Shown: in pieces, positions 1 through 10,690 of the stretch
Layout: each line of letters begins with the position of its first letter
Numbering within the stretch: the stretch's first letter is position 1
Translations under genes and position numbers: made by a program
The notes under the pieces: model-generated
Seen by the model: the letters and a program-made list of their open reading frames with translations, nothing else
What the model was told of the DNA's origin: nothing
Database searches by the model: none
Source: Chiloscyllium plagiosum
Lineage: Eukaryota
Assembly: GCF_004010195.1 (NCBI RefSeq)
Contig: NC_057753.1
Span: 6,463,629 to 6,504,627 of the forward strand
Length of the DNA: 40,999 nucleotides
Direction of reading: 5' to 3'

Positions 1-220
1 CCAATGTAGAGGAGACCACATCGGGAGCAACGGATACAATAAATGATACTGGTGGATGTGCAGGTAAAACTTTGATGGATGTGGAAGGCTCCTTTCGGGC
101 CATGGATGGAGGTGAGGGAGAAGGTGTGGGCGCAGATTTTGCAATTCCTGCGTTGGCAGGGGAAGGTGGCAGGATGGGAGGTTGGGTTGTAGGGTGCGTG
201 GACCTGACCAGGTAGTCACG
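1..220 (-). mobile_element. Penelope-like retroelement (family A) fragment encoding the Zn-knuckle/GIY-YIG endonuclease N-terminus; lies in the intron of GPCR copy A and runs off the window
   Basis: Minus-strand translation reads PCQRRNCKICAHTFSLTSIHGPKGAFHIHQSFTCTSTSIIYCIRCSRCGLLYIG (IIY...YIG motif with CxxC). Similarity to the paralogous intron (18718 onward) begins only at ~225. Confidence 0.8.
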
Positions 221-388
221 GTTGCAAGCTTAAAATTTTGGTATCTCATCCAATGTCAGGTTGCTCCTTCGCAGTACGACGACTGGTTTGGTATTTATGC
301 AAGTTACTATATATGTAATTAACTTTCACTTATCACTTCTCATCGTATTATCTGAGCTGACAGCAAACCACGTTTGCTTTCGATTTAA

Positions 389-535
389 GGAGAAAGTGAG
401 GTCTGCAGATGCTGGAGATCAAAGTTGAAACTTTATTGCTGGAACAGCACAGCAGGTCAGGCAGCATCCAGGGAACGTCGAATCTCCTGTTCCCTGGATG
501 CTGCCTGACCTGCTGTGCTGTTCCAGCAATAAAGT
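389..535. mobile_element. 147-bp palindromic mini-element derived from the Penelope family A terminal repeat, with a 16-bp target-site duplication
   Basis: Perfect 49-bp inverted repeat (428-476 / 489-537, 12-nt loop). Flanked by tttgctttcgatttaa (373-388) and tttgcttttgatttaa (536-551). The paralogous site (~18866-18881) has a single copy of the target and no insert. The arms match the terminal repeats at ~6690-6780 and ~14700-14797. Confidence 0.8.
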
Positions 536-1401
536 TTTGCTTTTGATTTAACCACGACAAATTGAATCCAAGTCACTGATACTATAATGTTTAAAAAAAT
601 ATATTACGATGGAGTGACTTCAGATGTCAGCTCATAAGAAACAGGTTGTGTTCTATTCTTTGGTTACACAAATGCAATAGAAAATCCAATATTAAGTCCT
701 TAAAAGGCAAGATTCCTGTAAATAGTCATCGGTATGTGTTGAATGTAATGATATCCTTAAGTTTTACTGATTCCAATAAAAAGAGTGATGATCCCTATTA
801 TTGCCGTTTATCCGGGAGAGAACATTGATCACTTCACTGCCTCACACACACATATAACGGGGCATGCCGGAAATCCGAAATGAAACCGACTCTAGCATCA
901 TTTGTGGAGAGAAAATAGAATTAAGTAGGCATGAAAGAATAATTGTGTTCACAGATGATGCCAGGCTTGCTCTGATTTCCCAGCAATGTGTATTTTTGTT
1001 GTCATAATCACTGGAAGTGAATTTTGTTCCTCATTAACAATGACCAACATGCCGCAATGTGCAACGAGTCTAAGAATGAAGATGAATGAAAGAAAGGAAT
1101 AGTTAATGCAACAGAATTTGAATGCACACTCGATTCATTGCTATTCCGTTAATAGTACACACATTTTCAGTCGAACGTTAAACTATCGAATGACAGAAAT
1201 ACAAAAATACTTTCTGGCATAAGGAGGCAATTCAGTCCACATTAAATGCACCTGCTTTTCAAGTAACAATGCCTGATGGCACTATGTTCAACCACTCTGC
1301 TTCCTTGAACATACAACGGACTAACTTGAAGATTTAAAGCTTTAGAGAAATACGCAGCTCATGGACAAAAACAAATAGCTTTACTCAGATTAGAAACTTA
1401 C

Positions 1402-1468
1402 CAGGAACTCCAATGATGGCAAGGATCAGATAGTATACTTTCCTAACCATTTGAATAGGGAGATGCAT
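1402..1468 (-). CDS. Exon 1 of GPR139/GPR142-like class A GPCR, copy A (exon 2 lies left of the window)
   Basis: ATG at 1468 reads MHLPIQMVRKVYYLILAIIGVP plus G, followed by a gtaag donor (1401-1397). It has the same 67-nt length and phase-1 donor as exon 1 of copy B (20033-20099), but without the stop codon. Confidence 0.75.
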
Positions 1469-3109
1469 TTTTTTTCGCGTGACGTATTGTGTCCTTGCCT
1501 GTCTGAACAATAGTTTGAAATAGGCTGTGAACCAATACATTGCGAATGCGTGATCCTTATGTATTCCAACATCTCTCACGGGAATCGGTGGTTGTGAAAC
1601 TATCCATAATGGGTTTAACGTTCCTTGAACAAACAGTTTGTTGATGACAAGCTAATTTTCAGAGCGAAAGCATTTTCATTGCTGATGTCATTGTACGCCT
1701 CCACCCTGTCCACTCGATAAGACTAGGTATATCTCTACATCAAGAAGTTGACATTGTAGCTTGCCTTACAGTTTACTGGTGATGATTTACCCTGAACGCT
1801 GTTTCAGGAACGTCTACTCTTTGAACACACTGACTTCCCACAATTGACTGCACAACATTTTGGGCAGTGTTTATATCGGTTTGAGGCTGGCATTGAGTCA
1901 TTATTAATGGAGTATTGAACTCGAAATGTTCCCTGTGCTTTTTTCATTTCTTCACAGATGGTTCCAAGCCTTGTGTGTTCACCAGAAATTTATCTTTAAG
2001 CTGAATGAATCAGCATATCCGCTTTACACTTTCATGTTCTCTCAAGTATGCATGCCAATCAAAAGTATGCACTTACATAATGTTTAACAATACACAATTA
2101 AATGATTAATAATGGATTCTTCACATGTCTCACGTTAATGTGTACAACGAGCTAAAGCATTTTAACACTTCTAGATGCCAAATCCAATGCATAATAGATT
2201 GCTTTTCATTGACCCTTGCCGCTGGTTAAACATTATCTGACATGTACCATTGCTGTAGAAGTTTCTTTTGCCCCATAATAAACAAGTATTTTTGTTTTGT
2301 TAGTCGTATTCCTGTATTTGATTTGCTGTTTGTTTTTGAATTTTAGCAGTTTTTCGTTCTGATACTGGAAATGTTTCAGGTTACTTCGCCTTTCTTTTGG
2401 CATTTTATATTTACCAAAGGAGCATAATTAATAATGAGAAAAGCAAGTCATCCACTTGCTCTGCCGTATCCTAAACCATCCTTGCTGGCATGAGCAGTTT
2501 CTACCTTTTCTCTTTGAAATGCAGAGATTTATTCCATTGTTGAAATGATCAGTACAGACTTTAGCTGCACATTTTTGGTAACAACACATGCGGTGGCCCA
2601 TGTAAGCATAATTCCTGTCACTAACATTATGCTCTTGAAAATGTCCTATCAGTCTGTTACACAGTTTCCTGAAAAAACAAGGTTATATCACAAATGTCAG
2701 GTTCAAGTTTGATTTGTAATAGTAAGTGACCCAGTAGCTAGGTCCATTTGTACAAAGCCTCGATGGATATGTTGCAGGTACAGATTGATATTAGAGCGAT
2801 TTGAATAGTTTGTATGATCATGTAACGAGGGGATTCAACGACAAACACTGAATAATCGCACAGAAAATCAAACCTAAGAGTTGAATTTGCTCATTTTCAC
2901 TGAAACTCTGTCATCACCGAAGAAGGTCATTTGTATACAAATACTAATGTTTCAGATGCAAGCCACACACTTTTCCCCACAACCTCCTTAATTCAGTTTG
3001 TTCTTCTGTAAATCCTGTGGGTTCATTGAGGATACAGCAGTTCACTGAAGAAGGGAATCAGCAGAGTGAAAATGGGATACGTGACACTTTTGGTTGAGAA
3101 AATTCGGTT

Positions 3110-4400
3110 AATGTAGAGATTCTTCAAGTATATCAGAATAAATGACGAGAGAAAGAATAGGACATCTCAAACCAAAGTGAGCATGTATGTGTCGAACTGC
3201 AGCAGGTGGCTGAGGTCCTGAATGAATATTTCTACTCTATGTTTACCATGGAGAAAGACATGAAGATTTGGGAATGTGGAACCAATAGTGATAATTTATT
3301 GGGGACAACGCACAGCACCGTAGAATAGGTGTTGGATTTATTAGAATGTATGAAGCTGGATAAATCTCCACGTTCAGAACAGTGATATCCACGAACGCTG
3401 CAAGGGGCTAGAGAATAAATTGCGGGGGCCCTGGCTGACATTTTTGCAACATAGTTATCTACGGATGAAGTCCCAGAAGACTGGAGAGTAGCAATTCGTG
3501 TCCTTCATTCAGGAATATCTGCGAAGTAAGGCCTGAGGGCTATATACCAGCACACAGAAAACTTGTTGTAGGAATTTACTTAGGAAGCTTCTGAGATACT
3601 ACAGAGTAGAGACATACGCATTTGGAAAGAGATGTTTTGAGCAGGAATAGGTAGCCTGGTTTATTGCGTGTGAGATCAGGCCACACAAATTTGCTGATGT
3701 TCTTTGTTTAATTGAAGAGAAAGTTTGAAGAAGTCAGAGTGTTAGATACAGTCTCCATGGAATTCGGGAAGGCCGATGATTGGAATCTTCATCAGAATCT
3801 GTTCTGGAAGGTTGAATTGTTTAGAGTCGATGCAGAGCTGTCAAACAGGATGCACAATTGACTTCATGTTCGGAAGCAGAGTGCAATAAAAGAAGAATGC
3901 TTGTTGTACTGCAAATCTGTGACGAGTGAAGTGCCCCAGTGGTTGATGCTGGGCCCATTCCTGTTCACCATTTTTATCAAGGACCGAGAAATTTGAAATG
4001 CTGTTTAACATAGATAAGCGTGTGGTCTTCCACTGTGCTAAGTTAAAGCAAGGTACAAATTGACCAAGTTAGGCGAACTGGTAGAGATTAAGGAGCGCAC
4101 TGGAACAGTGGGATCTTAGTTTTCAGGTACATGTTTCTCTGAAAGAGGAACCATAGGCGGATAAGGCAGTGAAGACACACTGGCTTTCATCAGTCAGACT
4201 ATTGAGTATAGAATTGCCAAGTTAGCTTGCAATTTTACATGACGTTAATGGGGCTAGAATTGGAATATTGTGTTGAGATTTTTTTTTCTCATTTTCCTAA
4301 TGGAAGGATGCTATTAAACTGTAAAGACTGCAACGAATTTTTCGTGAGTGTTGCAAAAACCTAACGGCCTAGGTTACAGGGAGCGGTTGGACAAGCGAAC
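3110..4400 (+). mobile_element. Decayed CR1-type LINE ORF2 (reverse transcriptase region) fragments
   Basis: Interrupted peptides typical of CR1 ORF2 (KSP..YPRTL..ARE.IAGALADIF..EVPEDWRVA; VTSEVPQW.MLGP.LF), with many stops. Boundaries approximate. Confidence 0.75.
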
Positions 4401-4995
4401 TGAATTCTTACTTCTATTTCTTGCTGAATTTTAGACAATCCGGTCCGTTAAGACGAGCTCCTACAGACAAAATGTTTCAGTCCACTTTTCTGCCAGTTGT
4501 ATTTGACGATCCTGCTGTGTCAGATTTTTTTCTTCTTTTTTTTCTGATGATTGTATTCAGAAATGCAAAAGTTGTGTTAGGTTCACAGACATAACACAAA
4601 TGCACAATGCAACAGATAAGTGATAGGCCCCTCTTCACACCGCGCACAAGAATCAACATCTACTAGATTGTGAGACACCATGTCTGTCAGCTCAAAAAGC
4701 TTTCCATGTGTGTTTGCTCACTTGTTAGCCTTTATGAGGAACCATTTACCCCACCACAAACTTGGCACCTCCTCCTCCATACCTTTTGCCAAGCTCTGAG
4801 AGTTTGGCTGATTTTAGATCTATTACTATCAGTCATTCCTTCCCCTTGTTTCACTGGGGTGTAGAGTCAATGAACCGAGTGGAATGTCCCAGAAGTTCTC
4901 TTCCTGAGTCTTTAACTCTCTAACTATTACAGCGGATCAAGGAGAAGTGTTGTTCTCAAATCTCCCTGTTTTTCAGTATTTCACATTGGGTGAAT

Positions 4996-5552
4996 TGGCA
5001 ATGCTGTGGACCAGGCCAATTCCGTCAAACAATTTTTAAAATGGCTCCCCGGACCGTATTTGTTCTCTTTTATAAGGCGGATGTGAGTGGATAATGCAGG
5101 AGGTACACAACTGTTGAAATCACGCGGCTCCCAGCAGAACAGAACTTAAGCAAACAGTGCAGTTAAACACGAGTAAAGGAAAATAGAATTTAGCATAACC
5201 TAACCATTTGTAAACCTACCGATTCGATGTAGCAACTTAACTAAGGAACTGCTCCAATTCTCACAATAATCACAATAATCGTAAATTAAAATGCAGGTTA
5301 TTAAAGGCAGTCAAGATTTCAGACCGAAGACAGCCATCTGCTAAAGCATGAAAGCTGTTTGCATTTTATGAGCTTCTGCTCCAACTAAAACTAAACCAAT
5401 TTAGATGAAAAAAGACTGAACTGGGAGATCGGGCTACGGTCCTGCCATTTTAAAGTAACCATTTGCAGATATTTCAGCACCTCTGACTTTACCACCTCTT
5501 TTCAAAAATGAGTGAAGGCCAAAATAACTTTTTTAATGAGACAGCATCATCA
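4996..5552. mobile_element. Putative solo LTR (~560 bp)
   Basis: TG...CA ends with imperfect terminal inverted repeats (tggcaatgctgt / acagcatcatca). The paralogous copy (24525-25095) is flanked by gaat/gaac, a possible 4-bp TSD. No coding content. Confidence 0.4.
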
Positions 5553-5689
5553 GACCAACTGACGATCCAAACTTCTCCAACGGGTTCCTGATTAGATCTC
5601 TTTGGAACTCATTAGAAAACAATAGATAATCATTACATACTTAGTTTGGTTCAGTAATTGTTTCACACTTGGACTCATTGTAAACGTTT

Positions 5690-6350
5690 CATATCCAAGG
5701 ATGTGACCAAATGCATTTTAAATGTTGTTAATGCAACATCTTCTGCTTGCAGCTCATTCCAGACGCATTACATCTTCAAAAAGCGTTGCCAACTCCCCTC
5801 AGGTACCCTTCTTGCTTGCCTCTCTAATTCTAAATTAATGCTCGAACGTCCTTGACTCTCACATTCTGGAAAAAAAAGACTGCGAGTAATCACACATTCC
5901 GCACCCATGATGATCTTATACAATTGTTTACGATACACCCCTCAAAATCCTGCACTCAAAAGAGAAAAGTTTTACTTGTCTACACTCTCCCTATAATTCA
6001 GAACGTGGAGTCCTAGCAACCGGTTTATAAAGTTGTTCTGCTCTCTTCCCAGCTTAATAACTTTTGCCAACAGCAATGGGGCAAAAACGCAACACTATAT
6101 TACAAATGCAGTCGCACCAAACCCTGTACAACTGAAACATAACTTCCCAACTTCAATACCGGATGCTCTGAAAAATTTTGGCCAGTGTGCCAAAAGCCTT
6201 ATTCATTGTCCTGTCTACCTTTGACTCCAGTTTTAGAGAATTGTGCACCTGAAACACCAAGTCGCTTTGTTCCAGTACATTCCTTAAATCCAGACTATTC
6301 ATTGTTGATCCCCTACCTTGGTTTGACTTAGCCAATTGTATGCCCACGTT
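5690..6350 (-). mobile_element. Decayed CR1-type LINE 3' portion
   Basis: Minus-strand ORF 6153-6371 contains DLVFQVHNSLKLESKVDRTMNKAFGTLA, typical of the CR1 ORF2 C-terminus. Boundaries approximate. Confidence 0.65.
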
Positions 6351-6649
6351 TTGCAGATCCTCTGATTCCATGTGATCTCAGCTTAGTTAACATCCTACCA
6401 TATGGAAACTTATCAAAAGCCTTATAGAAATCATAGAGTCTAAGTCTACCACCTGCCCTCATTACCCTTCTTGGTCACTTCATCCAATGTTGCAATGTGT
6501 GTCAAATACATTAATCCGGGAGTGCAGAGGAATGAATTAGCGGCCATTGCTGAGGACTAAATGTTTATCTTCAGTGGCGGGAGGTCTGGGCTAATAGTGA
6601 AGACATGGAAAGGTTGGGAGCTAAGATATGGGATGGGGCTGGAGCTGGG

Positions 6650-6780
6650 TGTGGATGATGAAGAGCTTATGACCGAAACGTCGATTATCGTTCTCAGTCG
6701 ATGCTGCCTGATTGCTGTGCTTTTCCATCATGACATTATAGACTCTGATTTCCAGGATCTGCAGTCCTCACTTTCTCCAA
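6650..6780 (+). mobile_element. Penelope family A terminal repeat with a degenerate hammerhead motif
   Basis: atgatgaagagcttatgaccgaaacgtcgatt...gatgctgcctga...tctgcagtcctcactttctcc. Paralog at ~25540-25668. Confidence 0.65.
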
Positions 6781-7400
6781 GAACCTGCCTCAGGCAGTTC
6801 CCTTAAACCTTCCTTCAATCACCTTAACATTGTGGCCCTTCGTGATAGGCATTTCCGTTGTGAGAAAAATATCTATGGCTGTCCTCTCTATCCATGCCTC
6901 TCACAATCTTGTGCACATCTCTATCAAGTCACCTTCCATCCTTCTTCGCTCCAATGAGAACAGCCCTCGCCCCCTCAAACTTTCTTTCATAAGACATGCC
7001 CTCCAATCCAGGCAGCATCTTGGTAATCTCTTCTACACCCTCTCTAAATCTTCGACATCCTTCTCATACTGAGCCGGCCGGAACTGAACACAATATTCCA
7101 CGTCTAATCGACCAACGGCTTCAGAGAACTGCAGTATAACCTGCGGCTCTTAAGTCACTCCTCCTGCTAATGAAAGCCAACACATCCCATACATTCTGAG
7201 CAAACCTGGCAAGAATGGTGGAAACCTTGAGGGATGTATGGACCTTGGAAGGCGCAACAAGATTAAAGTGTACTGGGCTGATGGTAAGTTTCTTGGCTGT
7301 TTCGATCAACAAAGAGATCTTGGTGTCCATGTGCATAGATACCTGAAAGTTTCCACCCAGGTTGGTAGGGGTTATACAAAGGATACGATGTGTTCCCTGA
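6781..7400. mobile_element. CR1 fragments: a minus-strand piece fused at ~7243 to a plus-strand piece
   Basis: The minus-strand paralog (25786-26028) reads VRLDLEYCAQFWSP. The plus-strand ORF 7238-7432 reads QQRDLGVHVHRYLKVSTQV. Confidence 0.65.
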
Positions 7401-7404
7401 TATT

Positions 7405-8605
7405 AGTTAAAAATAACAATACCAGGTTATAATCCAATAGTTTTAATTGGAAGCACATTAGGTTTTGGAGCGTCGCTCCTTCATCAGATGGTAGTGGAGG
7501 GCTTAGTCCTAACACACAGAATTTATAGCAAAAATTTAGTGTCATGTCACTGAAATTATGTATTGAATAATTGATTGCCTGTCAATCATTTCATCAGTTA
7601 GAATGCTGTGATATTTTCACTTGCTTCATGTGTAAATCACAAAATCTTTTTTTTTTAAATGTTGCATTCTCGGGTTCGCTGTTAACAATGGTGATAGACG
7701 ACAATATGTTGGCCCCCTGTGTTCTCTGTCGATGCCATGAATCTAATCTAAAAAGGGAGATTACGAAGTATGACATGAATTCATACATCTTTTGAGCTCA
7801 GAGGTCTACATGAATGCATGCAGTTTTTGAGAAAATTACAATGTAACGCTGCAAGTCCAAATTGACACAACAAAATATATGTGTGCATGTGGGTCTTTGT
7901 CTGTATGTGTGTTTGTGTGTGTCTCTCTGTCTGGGTTGGTGGTTGTGAGTGTGAGAAAGTGTATGTGTGTCTGCAGTGAATGCAGAGTGTCTTCCGTCTG
8001 TAAGGGGGTGCATGTGTGAGTGTGGGAGTGTGTGTCTGTGAGGGTGTGTGTGGGTGTCCGTGCGTATGTGTGTATACGAGTGCCTGTGTGTGAGTGAGAG
8101 TGTGAGTGTGTCGGAGTGTCTGTATGCGTGTATAGTGCAATGGTGGTCACCTGTATTGTGACATGAACCCAATGTCCCGGTTGAGGCCCTCCCTATGGGT
8201 ACCGAACTTCGCTATCAGCCTCTGCTCGGCCACCTTTTGCTGCTGCCTGTCGCGAAGTCTGCCTTGGAGGATGGTCATCCGAAGTTCCGAGGTCGAATGT
8301 CCTGGACCACTGAAGTGTTCCCCAACTGGGAGGGAACACTCTTGTCTGTTAATTGTTGTGCGCTGCCCACTCATCCGTTGTCATAGCCTTTGCTTAGTTT
8401 CCTCAATATACCATGCCTCCGGGCATCCTTGCCAGCCACTTATAAGACAGACAACGTTGACTATGTCACATGAGTACGTGCCACCTACATGATGGGAGGT
8501 GTCCCCACGTATAATGGTGGTATCTATGCCCACACTCTGACACGTCTTGCAGCGCTTACCGTGACAGGGGTGTATGAAGTTGTCCTGAGAGCTGGGCAGC
8601 ATGCT
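7405..8605 (-). mobile_element. 5'-truncated Penelope-like element (family B): GIY-YIG endonuclease, CA-rich tract and terminal repeat with hammerhead motif
   Basis: ORFs 8381-8656 and 8147-8374 read PCHGKRCKTCQ...YSCDIVNVVCLI...CPEAWYIEETKQRL*..PVGEHFSGPGH...EQRLIAKFGTHREGLN. (TG)n-rich tract at 7880-8135. Reverse-complement CTGATGAAGGAGCGACGCTCCAAAA at ~7456-7490. Confidence 0.85.
7880..8135. repeat. Degenerate (TG/CA)n microsatellite within the Penelope 3' region
   Basis: Interrupted gtgtgt runs; paralog at ~29595-29845. Confidence 0.85.
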
Positions 8606-9053
8606 ACGAAAATGAATGTGGGAGATGTAATTTGTAGACGGCAAAACGCCAGCCAAACCATTCCTCGTGAGGAATAAGGTTGTAGAATTATTTGTTTGGT
8701 TGGCTCGAAATGCATTCAGTTATTATTCAATCTGGAGAATGCTCGGATTCAGAACAGATCACTTGTTGTAAATCTGTATCCTGTGAACACAAACTGATGA
8801 ACACCTTGTTCTATTTTTTATTCGTTCGTGGGACTTTAGCGTCGCTGCCGACCAGCATGGGTAGCACACAACTATTTGTTCTTGATAAAGTCGTCTGGAG
8901 CTGCCTCACTTTAGAAATAGATTTGACTCAACATTGGTACTGAGATTACAATCAGACATTTAATGCATTGCCTGAGTTAAGATGACACATATTATTAGAT
9001 AGTTAAAAATCACACAACACCAGGTTATAGACCAACAGGTTTAATTGAAAGCA

Positions 9054-9088
9054 CACTAGGTTTCGGAGCGATGCTCCTTCATCAGGTG
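9054..9088 (-). ncRNA. Minimal hammerhead ribozyme motif (Penelope-type)
   Basis: Reverse complement is CAC-CUGAUGA-A-GGAGC-AUC-GCUCC-GAAA-CC-UA-GUG: intact CUGAUGA and GAAA core, 5-bp stem II, CAC/GUG stem I, minimal stem III. Confidence 0.65.
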
Positions 9089-9099
9089 ATTGTCCTGAT

Positions 9100-9134
9100 C
9101 GCCTGATTAAAGAGCTTCGCTCCGAAAGCTAGTG
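9100..9134 (+). ncRNA. Degenerate minimal hammerhead motif (core mutated to CUGAUUA)
   Basis: CGC-CUGAUUA-A-AGAGC-UUC-GCUCC-GAAAGCUA-GUG. Confidence 0.5.
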
Positions 9135-9359
9135 TGCTTCCAATTAAACATGTTGGACTATAACCTGGTGTTATGTGATTTTTAACTTTGTACACCCCAG
9201 TCCAACACCGGCATCTCCGAATCAAGCATATTATTAGATAGGCTAACTTCATCTTGAAAATACAATTCTGGGATTTCCATTTTAAAGAACATAAAACACC
9301 ATATCCCGTCAAAAAGAAGAAACTCTTAATCTAAATTTGTTTACGAGCTATAATCGGTT

Positions 9360-9542
9360 GTTGTGTGATTTTTAAATAGAGTTGTTTAATATAGTATAAC
9401 ATGACACTGTAACACTTGTGCTCTGCATTCTGTGCTGTGTGATCGTGTTCCACAGCCACCTGATGAAGAGACGGCGCTTCGAAAGCTCGTGTTTTTAAAT
9501 AAACCACTTAGGCTATAACATGTTGTTGTATGATTTTTTACA
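9360..9542 (+). mobile_element. Older Penelope family B terminal-repeat remnant with a hammerhead motif at 9457-9491
   Basis: CAC-CTGATGA-AGAGACGGCGCTTC-GAAAGCTC-GTG followed by ...ggctataacatgttgttgtatgattttt. Paralog at ~30830-31015. Confidence 0.6.
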
Positions 9543-9949
9543 ATGTTTTGCAGAAGGAGACACACATAGACTGGTGGTGATATGTATCAATGGGTATGTG
9601 GGGTTAGATAGACTGTGGAATGGATAAGTTGATGATTCCTCATTATAATGAATGCTGCAGCGGTTTCCAGCGCTCGAATGATATATTCCTGCTCATCCTA
9701 TGAGTTTTTGCATTTACTATCGCATGAGAACTCCTGTTTTTTGGGTGTGAATTCGTCATAGAAATGATCAAAATGTAACAACAACTGACTGCTTCCTGCA
9801 AGGCGACACGGTCTAGCTGTGATATCACCAAAGAGCCGATCTGACAGTTTGGACCATTAGCCGTTTGGTCATCTAGTCATAAATGTCGAGAATCAGCCAG
9901 AATTTTGTACAATCTTTTTTCCCAGGAAGTCGGGAAGGCAACAACTGTG

Positions 9950-10690
9950 AAACATAGAATAGTACTGGCCCTTCAACCCTCGATGTTGTGCTGGCTTTTT
10001 ATCTTATTGTCAGATCAGGCTAACCTACACATTCTTCATAGTACTACTACCCATGTGCCTGCCCAAGGGTCGCTCCAATTTTATTAATACGTCAAATTCT
10101 ACTACCAAAATTGGCAGTATATTCCACGTGCCCCTTTAAATACTGGCCGCGAACATCTCCTTTAAAACTTGCTCCAATCACCTAAATTTGATATCTCTTT
10201 TGATAGCCATTTCTGTCCTGAGGATAAACTTAGTCTCTGACAAATCACTCTATCTTTGCCTCTCATCACCATGTGCAACTTTACCAAATCGCCTCTCAGG
10301 GTTTTTCACTCCAAAGTGATAAATCTTAGCTGCCTCCAACTTTCTTCATTAGATATTCCTTCCAGCCAGGCAGCATCTAAAGCTTTCACATCCTCCAAAC
10401 ATTAGGTGAAAAGAACTGAAAACAACATTCCAGGTCTCTGTCTAGGTGTAGTAAAATCTCGCGGCTATTAAACTGAATCCCGTTCCTAATGAAAACCAAA
10501 GCTGCATATGCCTTCTTATCAGCACTATCAACTTGAATTGAACTTCAAGGAATGTATGGACATGGACCCCAAGATTCCTCTGTTCCTCTACACTTCCAAG
10601 AACCATGCCTTTAAAGCTGCCTTTAAACCTGCATTTAATTCGACCTTCTAAAATGAATCGCTTCGCACTTTTTCACTGTGAACTCCATTT
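9950..10690 (-). mobile_element. Decayed CR1-type LINE 3' portion
   Basis: Same CR1 3' motifs as other copies (acatggaccccaagattcctctgttcctc; ccttcaaccctcgatgttgtgc). Paralog at ~31455-32160. Boundaries approximate. Confidence 0.6.

Larger units (their letters stand above)
9003..9226. mobile_element. 224-bp palindromic mini-element derived from the Penelope family B terminal repeat, with two divergent hammerhead motifs and a 15-bp TSD
   Basis: ~90-bp inverted arms (9001-9090 / 9098-9187) around a 7-nt spacer. TSD catattattagatag at 8988-9002 and 9227-9241. Empty site in unit 2 (~30698-30712). Confidence 0.85.

Noticed and set aside
428..537. Hairpin as a miRNA gene or a DNA-transposon MITE
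   Set aside because: The arms match Penelope terminal repeats elsewhere in the window, and the 16-bp TSD with asymmetric arms is atypical of cut-and-paste MITEs. There is no small-RNA evidence.
1385..1579. 64-aa ORF as a standalone small protein (also 20040-20237)
   Set aside because: Only the 67-nt part from the internal ATG to the gtaag donor is supported, as GPCR exon 1.
7781..8172. His/Thr-rich ORFs (also 29512-29882)
   Set aside because: These are translations of the (CA)n-rich tract.
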